From Antedon mediterranea (lineage: Eukaryota > Animalia > Echinodermata): a stretch of 64,000 nt of DNA. The notes under the pieces are model-generated. The model did not search any database. It was not told where the DNA came from and saw only the letters and a list, made by a program, of their open reading frames with translations. Below are positions 26,570 to 40,364 of the stretch, piece by piece (the stretch's first letter is position 1; the number at the start of each line of letters is the position of its first letter). The stretch is taken from NCBI RefSeq assembly GCF_964355755.1, contig NC_092674.1:3286001-3350000 (forward strand), in the 5' to 3' direction. The translations under genes were made by a program, and so were the position numbers.

Positions 26570-29500
26570 ATGGATTTTAATCAACACCTACCTACTTTAG
26601 TAATCTTGGTAATCATTAATTCTGGTAAGAAAAGTTATTTTATAATTTGAAACACGGGTAAGGTGACGAAGATACGTTCATTTTGTCGCAATAAATTAAA
26701 TTATTAGAAAACAAGTTTTTATTTGATAAATGTTTTTCCTTTTTCTAAATGAAGGATTAAAAAAGCATGGACCTATAAACGTATAGGTTGTACATTTGTA
26801 ATTGGTTAGCATTATTTTTAGTGTTACTACTCGATTGATTATTGTACTGTTTTCCTTTTTAGCTATACTTTGCTCTTCTTTACAATGTACTCCTAAACAA
26901 GATATCCTGATGGTCAATAATTCAAGCGATTGTTTTCGTGAGTGTGAGTTTCCCGCTAAACCGAGATTGTGCGAATTTGAGTTCACGGTAACGTGGTGGT
27001 ATACGTTAGCAGCTGCTTGTACGGACTGTCCAGATGTCCGACAAGACTGTAGTGCATATCGCTGTTATTCGGTAGACGGTTCACGTAGACCAATTTTAAC
27101 GGTTAATGAAATGTCACCTGGTCCAAGTATTCAGGTACAAATTTCATCTTTGTCGCAGAAGCTACCACATTGCTTAGCGTCTAAATCTTAATTTAAATAA
27201 ATAGTAATTTCAGAAACGTATTTTAAAGTTAACACAGTAGTTATATTTACCCAGTCAGTTGGGTTCTGTTTCGTTGCAGTTCATTCTGTAACCGCCCTTC
27301 ACAGTTCAGAAAGGGGATCATTTTGGTTTTCTTTTTCCATGACTGGTGCATACTTCAAAAAGCCCGCTAGAAACAGAGTAATTACTATAGGAAAGTTGAT
27401 CACTTTAGTTTGTAACTGCGAGTTTGCTTGTGTAGACTAAAGCTCTGTCTACACTATCAAAGTGTGATGTGCCCATGGTAGTGATAGGATATCCATATAT
27501 TGGCACATCGGATTTTTGTGTGCTGACCGAGCTTAAGCTTAATGGCAATTGAAGTATTAGTTTGACGACGTTCCTAAAAGTCATTGAAAAGTTTATTTTA
27601 AAACATAGGACTCTTTTTTGTGTGAATGATACCAACATTGTAGTCCCGTGAGCCATAAGATAGTATATAGGCCTATTGTTTTGACGGCTCCCAAATTCCC
27701 CTTTAAATAAGGTAGTTTTGTTACCACACTAATCTAACTGTGTTTATGTTCTATATTAAGCACAGTGTCTCTAGTTCGGTTTTGTTGTATTTCCAGATCT
27801 GTCATGGTGATACCATTCGTGTGAAAGTAAACAACGAACTTCAAGATGGAGGTTCGTTGACAATTCATTGGCATGGTATACATCAATTTAACACCGTGTG
27901 GGCAGATGGCGTTCCGATGATTACTCAATGCCCCATACCAAGTTCAACCTCTTTCGTGTACGAGTTTGTTGCAGACCCACCAGGTACCCATTGGTGGCAC
28001 TCTCACGTTGGTGTTCAGAGAGGTGACGGGTTGTACGGAGCATTGATTGTCAGGGAACCGAGACAAAAAGAGTTCAACAGTAAAGAATATGACTTTGACC
28101 TTCCACAACATTACATGTTATTTAACGATTGGTTATCAATTCCGTCTATAACAATCTTCATGGTGTCGACTGCCAATGGTGTCCCTTCTGAACACAGCCT
28201 TAGCTTATTGATCAATGGCAGAAGTCACAATTATGACATAGATATAGACGTTCCGGTTTCTGTGTTTGAAGTAGAACAAGGTTTCCGATATCGGATGCGA
28301 ATAGTGAATACTGCGTTTGGTGAATGTAATATGAGACTGGTAATTGAATCACATCCGATAACGATCATTGCCACTGATGGCTTTGAGGTGAAACCGATTC
28401 GAGTTGTGGATGCTTTGAATTTCACACCTGGGGAAAGGTAAGTAAAGGCTTCGTTTACACTGGGTCAGAATAAAACGCCTGGATCCGCTTCTGCTTGATT
28501 CCCAAACGCAAATGACGCAAACACGAAGGCGGCCAGTAAGCGCGAGGGATCACCCGAACCGTCGCGTGTTCAAAGTACTCGCGTACTCTCGTCGCCGCAT
28601 CAATGCTATGCGTAGTTTGAATCAAACTATATCGTGTATTTAGACCAATTTAATGGAAAATCTTAAACTTATTTATTATATCATATTTCAGACTTGACTT
28701 CGTTCTTGAGGCGTCAGCAATACCCTCGTCCTATTGTATATACATAATATCATCAAATTACGACTTGTGTCCGGCGAGCGGTAGTGCTGTATTACAATAC
28801 AAAAACACACCTGCAGTAAAGTTGAATTGTTCAGTGGAACCGCCATCGCAAAGTGTATTTACAACAGAAGGGTTTGACGCTGCTACTAGTAATAGTGACG
28901 TCACACTCAAAGACACGCACGCTTTACGTAAGAATATACGAGTAATTATGGGTTTTTTTAATAATGGTGCGTAGCGGTGGTTAAATAAGAAATACCCAGA
29001 TGTATTGTGAACTCCAAATTTTACTCACTTTTATGTGCACTTGTGACTTTTGATGATATAGCCGTGTGTGTGTGTTTATATTTCAGAATCCGTGGATCCT
29101 GCTTTACATAAGGTTGATTTAAGATACTATGTGGTAATGGACAACCAACTCAAATTCTATACATCGACGAATCCAGAAGTCAACCAAACATACTCTTCAG
29201 TTTTTCTCATGAACAAAGTACAATTTGAATTTCCTCATACACCGTTTGTGTCATTACAACAAGATGATGACGTCAGCGCGTGTGAAATGACTCCATGGAA
29301 TATCGCTATGCATATCGATGCACAGTACTGTAAGCCTTTAAATGTCAGTACAGATTTCGATATAGCCTGCAAATGTCCTATCGTGGCTAAAGCGAAACTA
29401 GGCCAGGTAATATTTTCTAATTATAAAGCTGCTTTTCCACTAGGAGATTTGTTTTCGTGTTTCACCAATGTGCATTGATATTTAACTCTAATTCAGGAAA

Positions 29501-30497
29501 TTTGTGCAACTTAGATTCACGCGAATATTCGCCTAATGGAAAACAATCTTAAATAAGGCCGGTTCACACCAGACGCAGATTAATTAATTTTCGGCACAAA
29601 TGCTAGCAATATGTTATTGAACGATTTTTTTATTTTGTTTGTGGTTTGTTGTTTATAGGTTATAGAGTTTATTGTGATAAACCAAATCTCCGTTGCTAGT
29701 CATCCTATGCATCTCCATGGACAGTCATTTCGAGTTTTAGCACAGGACAGATCCACTGAACATGTTTCTCCAACTGATTTAATTGATCAAGATAAAACGG
29801 GTAACATTTTGAACCAACCGGATTTATATTTTATACCCAAATACTGATTCAACAAAATAATACATACAAATATACAACATATATATGCAAAATCATAAAC
29901 TGATAAACAAGGCAACCTAATAACAGCGTTAGTCCATTATAAGTAAACAACAAATGTAGTATTCTTACATTAAACAAAATATATTATTTAGAAAGAAACA
30001 ACATATTTTTCAGAGGGTTTACCACGACTTCCATTGGTGTCTGCTGTTGTCAAGGATACGGTCAATGTTCCAGAATTTGGTTACGTCATCATAAGATGGA
30101 AGGCTGAAAACCCCGGTTATTGGTTCTTTCATTGTCACGTGGAATATCATGCAGTGGTAAGTTATGACATCATCAAAAAATGGTTGCGTTAAGCTCTGTC
30201 TACACTATCAAACTAGTTTGACAAAAAAAAGTGTGATGTGCCCAAATACTGATATACACAAAAGTTGTTGTATGACATCGTCATGTCCATATATGGGCAA
30301 ATCACATTTTGTTTTTGTCCATGAAGGTTTATTGTGTAGACAGAGCTTTAACAAAGGATTTAAACAAGTTATATTGTTTTTTTTTTTCATTTCTTTAGTT
30401 GGGAATGGCAATGGTTGTTCAAGTCGGTGATGAAGACGAAATTCCAGATCCGCCAAAAGCGTTCCCATCGTGTAGTTCCTGGTCACCTGATCTTTAA
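26570..30497 (+). CDS. Secreted laccase-like multicopper oxidase copy 1, 635 aa; exons 26570-26624, 26863-27134, 27797-28437, 28692-28927, 29087-29406, 29659-29800, 30014-30156, 30399-30497
   Basis: All introns GT-AG with consistent phases (1908 nt). Hydrophobic N-terminus MDFNQHLPTLVILVIINSAILCSS, Cys-rich region, copper motifs HWHG, WWHSH, HPMHLHG, HCHVEYH with axial Met (LGM). Confidence 0.92.
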
Positions 30498-32623
30498 ATA
30501 TATTTAAGTCTGACAAGGCTACATGTTAACAATTCTCTGATTAAACTGACATTTACACTAATCATAATTTGGTTTGCGCCTTATAATCATTGTTTAACGA
30601 GTTTAACGTTTTTTGTTTTACCAATTAAAGGCAACGGCGGGTTTTACATTTAGACGTATACTTCACATGTTACGGAGTGTAGATATTGGGTTCAATAACT
30701 CGTGTAGCTAATTAACAATGTATAACAATATTCACTAATTAGCCAATGAATAAGATTAACTAGAACTAATAAAAATCTGTGTAAAAAAGTGACTTCGGAA
30801 ATGTACTGAATATTGTAGCCTTTATTTTTGTATTACATTTCAGAAAACGAAAAAACCAAAACATTTTTGTTCACGACGTCGTACGTTTCTCGGAGAATAG
30901 TTATAGATATTTGTGTGTTGGTATTTTCATGAAAATTGTTAAATATTATAGCAGTCAGGATCATATTCCGATACTGCGATTTGTATTTATGTAATCAAAA
31001 TCTCAGTACTGCATAATATTACTAAATGATAAGTGTTGTTACGTTAAATCAAGCAGTGGTGGAGGTTTGACGCCAGAGAGAGTTTTTTGGGTGCGGGAGA
31101 GAGTTGTTGGGTACACCAGAGAGAGTTTTTGGGTGTCAGAGAGAGTTGTTGGGTGTCAGGGAGAGAGAGTTGTTCGGTACCAGAGAGAGAGAGTTGTTGG
31201 GTACCAGAGAGTGTTGTTGGAGGAGGGAGTTGTTGGGTGCCGTATTGCAATAAGCCAAAAGTTGTGGCACCTTTTAATTCCCCTCTATCCATTAGTCTAT
31301 ATTAGAATTAGAAAATTTGTACAAAAAAATGTCTTTTTTTAGGCCAATTTCATTGCAACTGCCGAACGCCGTTTTCGGAAATTCACGACCATTTTCCTAC
31401 GTAACAATTACTTCACTCGGGTCATTAGCGATATGTCGAGACAGCAGCACATGTTAAAAACATAAGTATACAACTGTATTCTTGATCATGTTTCTACCTC
31501 ATGTTTCTACCTCATGTACACCGCTCCTGCCAAACACAATATTGAGCACTCTTTTACCATTTTTCCTTCAAATGCAGTGGTAAGACTAGGTTATGTTCTT
31601 ACTAATTAGGCCTACTATTTTTAAGCTGCTATAGCCAATTATAGCTAGCTGAATGCGGGATGATTCGGCCCAGGTGTGACGGGTCGAATCGGCCCACTTT
31701 TTAGGCCGATATAATGTCTGACTAAGAGTGGCTTCTAATTTCATTAGACTCTCGGTAGGTTTTTATGATATGAAATATTGTAAAGTACATTAAATTCTAA
31801 CATTTTGAATGTTTTGTTATTTTTTGGGGGATTTTTAATTGTTCGCTTTACTTGTATGTAATTTATTTTCAAGAAGGAGTGTAGAAGTCTAAGTACAAAC
31901 AAAGAGGGTTGCAATCATATTTACTTCTTTCTAATTAGACCTACAACACCAGAAAACATAGTGTTGTTCATCTTAAAAACAAACCATTAAACATTCTTAC
32001 CACCACAAATCAAGACATTCAATTGAACAACAAGAGAAATGACATAGCATACTTTTGTAAGCTTTTACAAAACATGACAATTTACCAGACGACTATGAAA
32101 TGCAGGATCATGTCCTATTCCAAACTTGAGGACGGAAAATAACTGATATGAAATAATAATCATCAATAAGCGTCTATTATTTCGATATATTTACACGAAC
32201 AAAACAAGAACAAAGATACAGATGTATATTAAAAATCAATATCAATGATTCTGTTCTGCTAGTTGCTATTGTGTAGTGTGACTGCTAATAAATATTCATT
32301 AAAATTAGGATAAAATTGCTGGTGGTAGACAACATTAATTATTTCAATAATGCGGTACTTTTTTTCTGTTGTTTCACAGTTTCATGTACCTTTTTCACTG
32401 AAACGCACCGAATCAATAACAATAATAGTCTATTAGGTCTTGGCCAGGTGTGAAAAGCCCTTAACTGTACGCGCCGCATGTGACGCGATCCTTAGCCTGA
32501 CCGTAGCAGGTGTGAAAGGCCCCTTAACTGTACGCGCCGCATGTGACGCGAATCTGAACCTTAGCCGGACCGGAGCAGGTGTAAAAGATAGTTAAAACTA
32601 TCCTTAAGCTATTTGAACGTTTT

Positions 32624-33645
32624 AGTAGTATAATACCCCGTTCGGTCCAATGAATAATTCATAAATTAATTAATGAATATTAATATATTAATTATGAGTG
32701 TAGTATTTATGAATAATTATTATTTTAAAGGGTATTATTTATTAATAAATTAATTAATTATGAGAGGGTAGTTTTTAAGAATAATACTACACTCATAATT
32801 AATATTCATTAATTAATTTATGAATTATTCATCGGACCGAACGGGGTATTATACTCAGGCCCGTAGCCAGGGGGGTTTTTATGGTTTTTATGGTTTATGG
32901 ACCCCCCCCCCCCTTTACAGCAAACCCCCCTTAACCGACTGCGAACCCCCATCCCCGACATGCCCAATACCTCACCCTCATCTCCGAAAATCGTCCAAAT
33001 ACGTGCCCCACAGTACAAAAAGTTGCTCGTAAATTAAAAAATTCGTAAACTCGTTCGGAATAACTCATACAGTACCTTCTTCCCTGTATGAGCGTACTTC
33101 GAGCGATATAGTCTGTAAAGAGTTGCAAATGAATTGCCAATTTTAACCTGAAAAATAAATGTTTGGTCCCTGCATGTAACATGATATTGACGCGTCTCAC
33201 AGCGAGCTGGGGGGGGGGGGGACAGAACGATTCGTACAAAGGACACCGCCAGACAACTGCGTACCAATTGTTTAGATCACTGGCAGTCAGGCAGCATGCA
33301 TAAAGTATATAGCCTTCCGACATACATCAGTATTTATGTGTGGCTATGAAGTATAATGTATCATAGAGGATTATAGTGAATATTAATATTTTACACTATA
33401 ATATCTATGGTATCATGTACTGTAGTTCACATTATGGCATCCGATTATTTTTTTCTAGACCACCAGCCGATACGTACTCAAATGTATCAATATCACCTAG
33501 GCCTATTTACATTGGCATATTTAATTTCCTCAACAAATTGCTGTAAATAAATATTATATGGGGTAGGTATGGGGGTGGGGGTGACCCAAATACTTAGTGT
33601 GCGAACCCCCCCTTGACAGATCCTGGCTACGGCCCTGATACTACT
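32624..33645. mobile_element. 235-bp non-autonomous Polinton/Maverick derivative interrupted near its right end
   Basis: AGTAGT...ACTACT termini, long inverted arms, TSD CGTTTT at 32618-32623 and 33646-33651; empty site at ~59165-59170 (minus strand). Confidence 0.82.
32856..33637. mobile_element. 782-bp non-autonomous TIR element (hAT-like termini) nested in the mini-Polinton end
   Basis: CAGGCCCGTAGCCAGG..CCTGGCTACGGCCCTG; ATACT duplicated on both sides (5 bp visible, shorter than the 8 bp typical of hAT). Confidence 0.7.
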
Positions 33646-33900
33646 CGTTTTGTCTTTATACAAACACTTACTTTTAAATGAAATGAAATGATCGCTTGTT
33701 AAGATACCCGTATAACATATAATGATATGTAGATTGGAATTAATGTATTAATGCAAGAAGTCTACTTAAACTATCAGAATGTCCGGTAATACCACCAGTA
33801 TAGTTAACAGGTTCGCCAATGTCAAGTGTATATCCTACTATTATACATTTTTTAAATAAAAAAAAATGAATTTAATCGTAGCTGCCTGAAAGTGGGGAAG

Positions 33901-36900
33901 ATGGATTTTAATCAACACCTACCTACTTTAGTAATCTTGATAATTATTAATTCTGGTAAGAAAAGTTATTTTATAATTTGACACACGGGTAAGGTGACGA
34001 AGATACGTTCATTTTGTCGCAATAAATTAAATTATTAGAAAACAAGTTTTTATTTGATAAATGTTTTTCCTTTTTCTAAATGAAGGATTAAAAAAGCATG
34101 GACCTATAAACTATAGTGTTAGGCCTACTACTCGATTGATTATTGTACTGTTTTCCTTTTTAGCTATACTTTGCTTTTCTTTACAATGTACTCCTAAACA
34201 AGATATCCTGATGGTCAATAATTCAAGCGATTGTTTTCGTGAGTGTGAGTTTCCCGATAAACCGAGATTGTGCGAATTTGAGTTCACGGTAACGTGGTGG
34301 TATACGTTAGCAGCTGCTTGTACGGACTGTCCAGATGTCCGACAAGACTTTAGTGCATATCGCTGTTATTCGGTAGACGGTTCACGTAGACCAATTTTAA
34401 CGGTTAATGAAATGTCACCTGGTCCAAGTATTCAGGTACAAATTTCATCTTTGTCGCAGAAGCTACCACATCGCTTAGCGTCTAAATCTTAATTTAAATA
34501 AATAATAATTTCAGAAACGTATTTTAAAGTTAACACAGTATTTATATTTACCCAGTCAGTTGGGTTCTGTTTCGTTGCAGTTCATTCTGTAACCGCCCTT
34601 CACAGTTCAGAAAGGGGATCATTTTGGTTTTCTTTTTCCATGACTGGTGCATACTTCAAAAAGCCCGCTAGAAACAGAGTAATTACTAAAGGAAAGTTGA
34701 TCACTTTAGTTTGTAACTGCGAGTTTGCTTGTGTAGACTAAAGCTCTGTCTACACTATCAAAGTGTGATGTGCCCATGGTAGTGATAGGATATCCATATA
34801 TTGGCACATCGGATTTTTGTGTGCTGACAGAGCTTAAGCTTAATGGCAATTGAAGTATTAGTTTGACGACGTTCCTAAAAGTCATTGAAAAGTTTATTTT
34901 AAAACATAGGACTCTTTTTTGTGTGAATGATACCAACATTGTAGTCACGTGAGCCATAAGATAATATATAGGCCTATTGTTTTGACGGCTCCCAAATTCC
35001 CCTTTAAATAAGGGAGTTTTGTTACCACACTAATCTAACTGTGTTTATGTTCTATATTAAGCACAGTGTCTCTAGTTCGGTTTTGTTGTATTTCCAGATC
35101 TGTCATGGTGATACCATTCGTGTGAAAGTAAACAACGAACTTCAAGATGGAGGTTCGTTGACAATTCATTGGCATGGTATACATCAATTTAACACCGTGT
35201 GGGCAGATGGCGTTCCGATGATTACTCAATGCCCCATACCAAGTTCAACCTCTTTCGTGTACGAGTTTGTTGCAGACCCACCAGGTACCCATTGGTGGCA
35301 CTCTCACGTTGGTGTTCAGAGAGGTGACGGGTTGTACGGAGCATTGATTGTCAGGGAACCGAGACAAAAAGAGTTCAACAGTAAAGAATATGACTTTGAC
35401 CTTCCACAACATTACATGTTATTTAACGATTGGTTATCAATTCCGTCTATAACAATCTCCATGGTGTCGATTGCCAATGGTGTCCCTTCTGAACACAGCC
35501 TTAGCTTATTGATCAATGGCAGAAGTCACAATTATGACATAGATATAGACGTTCCGGTTTCTGTGTTTGAAGTAGAACAAGGTTTTCGATATCGGATGCG
35601 AATAGTGAATACTGCGTTGGGTGAATGTAATATGAGACTGGTAATTGAATCACATCCGATAACGATCATTGCCACTGATGGCTTTGAGGTGAAACCGATT
35701 CGAGTTGTGGATGCTTTGAGTTTCACACCTGGGGAAAGGTAAGTAAAGGCTTCGTTTACACTGGGTCAGAATAAAACGCCTGGATCCGCTTCTGCTTGAT
35801 TCCCAAACGCAAATGACGCAAACACGAAGGCGGCCAGTAAGCGAGGGATCACCCAAACCGTCGCGTGTTCAAAGTACGCGCGTACTCTCGTCGTCGCATC
35901 GATGCTATGCGTAGTGTGAATCAAACTATCGTGTATTTAGACCAATTTAATGGAAAATCTTAAACTTATTTATTATATCATATTTCAGACTTGACTTTGT
36001 TCTTGAGGCGTCAGCAATACCCTCGTCCTATTGTATATACATAATATCATGAAATTACGACTTGTGTTCGGCGAGCGGTAGTGCTGTATTACAATACAAA
36101 AACACACCTGCAGTAAAGTTGAATTGTTCAGTGGAACCGCCATCGCACATTGTATTTACAACAGAAGGGTTTGACGCTGCTACTAGTAATGGTGACGTCA
36201 CACTCAAAGACACGCACGCTTTACGTAAGAATATACGAGTAATTATGGGTTTTTTTAATAATGGTGCGTAGCGGTGGTTAAATAAGAAATACCCAGATGT
36301 ATTGTGAACTCCAAATTTTACTGCTTTTATGTGCACTTGTGACTTTTGATGATATAGCCGTGTGTGTGTGTTTATATTTCAGAATCCGTGGATCCTGCTT
36401 TACATAAGGTTGATTTAAGATACTATGTGGTAATAGACTACCAACTCAAATTCTATACATCGACGAATCCAGAAGTCAACCAAACATACTCTTCAGTTTA
36501 TCTCATGAACAAAGTACAATTTGAATTTCCTCATACACCGTTTGTGTCATTACAACAAGGTGATGACGTCAGCGCGTGTGAAATGACTCCATGGAATATC
36601 GCTATGCATATCGATGCACAGTACTGTAAGCCTTTAAATGTCAGTACAGATTTCGATATAGCCTGCAAATGTCCTATCGTGGCTAAAGCGAAACTAGGCC
36701 AGGTAATATTTTCTAATTATAAAGCTGCTTTTCCACTAGGAGATTTGTTTTCGTGTTTCACCAATGTGCATTGATATTTAACTCTACTTCAGGAAATTTG
36801 TGCAACTTAGATTCACGCGAATATTCGCCTAATGGAAAACAATCTTAAATAAGGCCGGTTCACACCAGACGCAGATTAATTAATTTTCGGCACAAATGCT

Positions 36901-37690
36901 AGCAATATGTTATTGATTGAACGATTTTTTTTATTTTATTTGTGGTTTGTTGTTTATAGGTTATAGAGTTTATTGTGATAAACGAAATCTCCGTTTATAG
37001 TCATCCTATGCATCTCCATGGACAGTCATTTCGAGTTTTAGCACAGGACAGATCCACTGAACATGTTTCTCCAACTGATTTAATTGATCAAGATAAAACG
37101 GGTAACATTTTGAACCAACCGGATTTATATTTTATACCCAAATACTGATTCAACAAAATAATAAATACAAATATACAATATATATATGCAAAATCATATT
37201 TTTCAGAGGGTTTACCACGAATTCCATTGGTGTCTGCTGTTGTCAAGGATACGGTCAATGTTCCAGACTTTGGTTACGTCATCATAAGATGGAAGGCTGA
37301 AACCCCCGGTTATTGGTTCTTTCATTGTCACGTGGAATATCATGCAACGGTAAGTTATGACATCATAAAAAAATGGTTGCGTTAAGCTCTGTCTACACTA
37401 TCAAACTAGTTTGACAAAAAAAAGTGTGATGTGCCCAAATACTGATATACACAAAAGTTGTTGTATGACATCGTCATGTCCATATATGGGCAAATCACAT
37501 TTTTGTTTTTGTCCCTGAAGGTTTATTGTGTAGACAGAGCTTTAACAAAGGATTTAAACAAGTTATATTGTTTTTTTTTTCATTTCTTTAGTTGGGAATG
37601 GCAATGGTTGTTCAAGTCGGTGATGAAGACGAAATTCCAGATCCGCCAAAAGCGTTCCCATCGTGTAGTTCCTGGTCACCTGATCTTTAA
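33901..37690 (+). pseudogene. Laccase copy 2 with premature stop in exon 4
   Basis: Same 8-exon structure; TCA>TGA at 36050-36052 (TAC ATA ATA TCA TGA); exon-2 Cys>Phe change (QDFSAY). Confidence 0.85.
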
Positions 37691-39384
37691 ATATATTTAA
37701 AGACACTAGACTTGCAATTTTTGACGTTTTGTAAAAATAATGCATATATATATTAAACTAAAAGCATTAAACCAGGTCATTTCTTTGAAAATGTGTAATT
37801 TGTTGTAAACAATTGTAAAAATAGTAAAACCATTATTTAATAGATTTAATTTAATATCATATACCCTATTTTATACTGATTTAACATTCAGTAGTTGATG
37901 ACACCGCCCGGATTAAAGATAATAACGTTTGAAAAAGCACGTGAGCACGGCAAAATGTTCTGTAAATGAGACATTATAAGTCGTCTGTATTGTCAAAATT
38001 AATATTTAAGGGAAATGTTTTGTGTACCAAGTAGAAATGTGATAAATAGTTAAATAAAAATAATTAAATAATACAAATTATTGGAATTATTTGGAGTTTA
38101 TTTACTGTGCTCAGTAAATGATGGTAATTGTTTTTTTTTTCACGAGTCAAGTCGTGAAGAAGACGAAATTCCAGATCCGCCAAAAAGGTTGCCATCTTAT
38201 GGTAATTGTTTTTCTTTCCACACTTCTTCCAGTCAGGAATGGAATTCATTTTCCAAACGGCGAACATACAAAATAAATATAAAAATTACAAATATATAAA
38301 AAAAAATTAATGAAAAAAAGGCGAACTGGATTATTATTATTCATTAAAACTTTTGTTTAATATATATTTGTATAAGTATATATTTAACCGTTAGGCATAA
38401 TTATTATATTAGAATTAAGCTTATTGATTATATAATCTTATTAAGTTCATTACAAATGAGAAATGATGTGTTATGTGTTAAACATAACCTAAGATCAGAA
38501 CGTATAAATATATATTGGTGCGTGGGATTCGTCCAACATAATTGCATTTATTTCTTCCTAACTTCAATTCAATTCAAAATTCTTCTCTTCATACAGAGTG
38601 TTTATTGTGGTAATACCACAGCGCACAAACCGTTTGCCTGATAGTTTTACTCTCTCAAACTGTGGTGAGTTGGATTCGCTAACTTTGGTGGGCGGGTCAC
38701 AAACTTACTCGGGTACGATAAATAAGTCTGACGGGGCTACATGTTAACAACTCTCTGATTAAACTGATATTTACACTAATCATAATTTGGTTTGCGCCTT
38801 ATAATCATTGTTTAACAGGTTTAACGTTTTTTGTTTTACCAATTAAAGGCAACGGCGGGTTTTACATTTAGACGTATACTTCACATGTTACGGAGTGTAG
38901 ATATTGTTTATATATTGGGTTCAATAACTCGTGTAGCTAATTAACAATGTATAACAATATTCACTAATTAGCCAATAAATAAGATTAACTAGAACTAATA
39001 AAAATCTGTGTAAAAAAGTGACATCGGAAATGTACTGAATATTGTAGCCTTTATTTTAGTATTACATTTCAGAAAACGAAAAAAAAACAAAAAAATTTGT
39101 TCACGACGTCGTACGTTTCTCGGAGAATAATTATAGATATTTGTGTGTTGGTTTTTCATGAAAATTGTTAAATATTATAGCAATACTGATAAAGCTTGAA
39201 CGCAACGCAAGGACGTAAACGCAACGCAAGCGTTTTAACCAATGACCAGCCAAGTTATAGACAGTTAGCAATCACAAGCGAATAAGCCATCGCTTGTGAT
39301 TGGTCAATTCAATTGCGTTGCGTTACGTCCTTGTGTTGCGTCGCTAGTGGGAACCACGCTTTATATTCCGGTACTGCGTTTTGT

Positions 39385-40340
39385 AAGTATTGGAAACCTT
39401 TGGGGCTAACAAAGGAAATCTATTGTATGAAAGGAAAACAAAGGGTTGCTAATTAAGGTCTTAAGAAAACAATAGGGGTGATTGTTAACAAAGAAGGGAC
39501 GCTAAGAGAACAATAGAAGGTGTGAAATGGTAACAATAGAGGCTGTGATTGTTAACTATACAGGGAAACAATAAGAAATCTACTTGATTCAAGTTAGGAA
39601 AACAAATGGGTATTAATTGGATGATACAGGTGTTTTCGTATAATGAGGGTGGTCATGACAATAGAAATGTAATTTTAATTAATTAACAATAGAATGTATA
39701 GTTTGAACAAGGCAGATGCTTTGTATAGAGTGTATCACAGGTGTTTTACAATTACTGACAATACTTACAACGAGTGCTTTGTTTTTTGACAATAGGATTT
39801 GATAATAATATAAAAGAGAGGGTTATAATTAAGGAGCAATTTTTGCTTGTAACAAGCCTAGGCTAACAAAGGAAATCTATTGAGTATAAGAATTATAGGA
39901 AAACAAAGGGTTTGCTACTTAAAGTCCTAGGCTAACAAAGGGGTATCTATAGGAGAAGGATAAGTACAGGGAAACACTAAGAAATCTATTTGATTAAAGT
40001 TAGGAAAACAAATGGGTATTAATTGGATGATACAGGTGTTTTCGTAGAATGATGGTGGTCATAACAATAGAAATCTAATTTTAATTAATTAACAATCGAA
40101 TGTATAGTTTTAACAAAGTGGAGGCTTTGTATAGAGTGTATCACAGGTGTTTTACAAATACTGATAATACTCACAACGATTGCTTTTTTTTGGTGACAAT
40201 ATAGGATAATATAAAAGAGGGAGTTATAATTAAGGAGCGATTGTTTGCTAGCATTTGCGTGATTTGATTGGTCAAAAGTATACAGTCTGGTCCGAACCCC
40301 CCTTGTTGAAACAAAAAGCGGATTATAATTCAGACAGGGA
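39385..40340. repeat. Degenerate ~410-460-bp tandem duplication rich in AACAAT/AACAAA motifs, abutting the pPolB remnant
   Basis: CTAACAAAGGAAATCTATTG at ~39405 and ~39863; GTTAGGAAAACAAATGGGTATTAATTGGATGATACAGGTG at ~39593 and ~39998. Confidence 0.7.
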
Positions 40341-40364
40341 TGTATGTAATGGACCTTTTTTTTG

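Noticed and set aside
26802-26862. TTG start with a hydrophobic leader
   Set aside because: It is the pyrimidine-rich end of intron 1; an ATG exon at 26570 splices in phase.
34061-34492. 143-aa ORF as a novel N-terminus of laccase copy 2
   Set aside because: The 5' part is intron 1; the real start is the exon at 33901 splicing to the TTTTAG acceptor.
38480-38660. Possible DDE transposase C-terminal fragment on the minus strand
   Set aside because: Too short and degenerate to support without a search.
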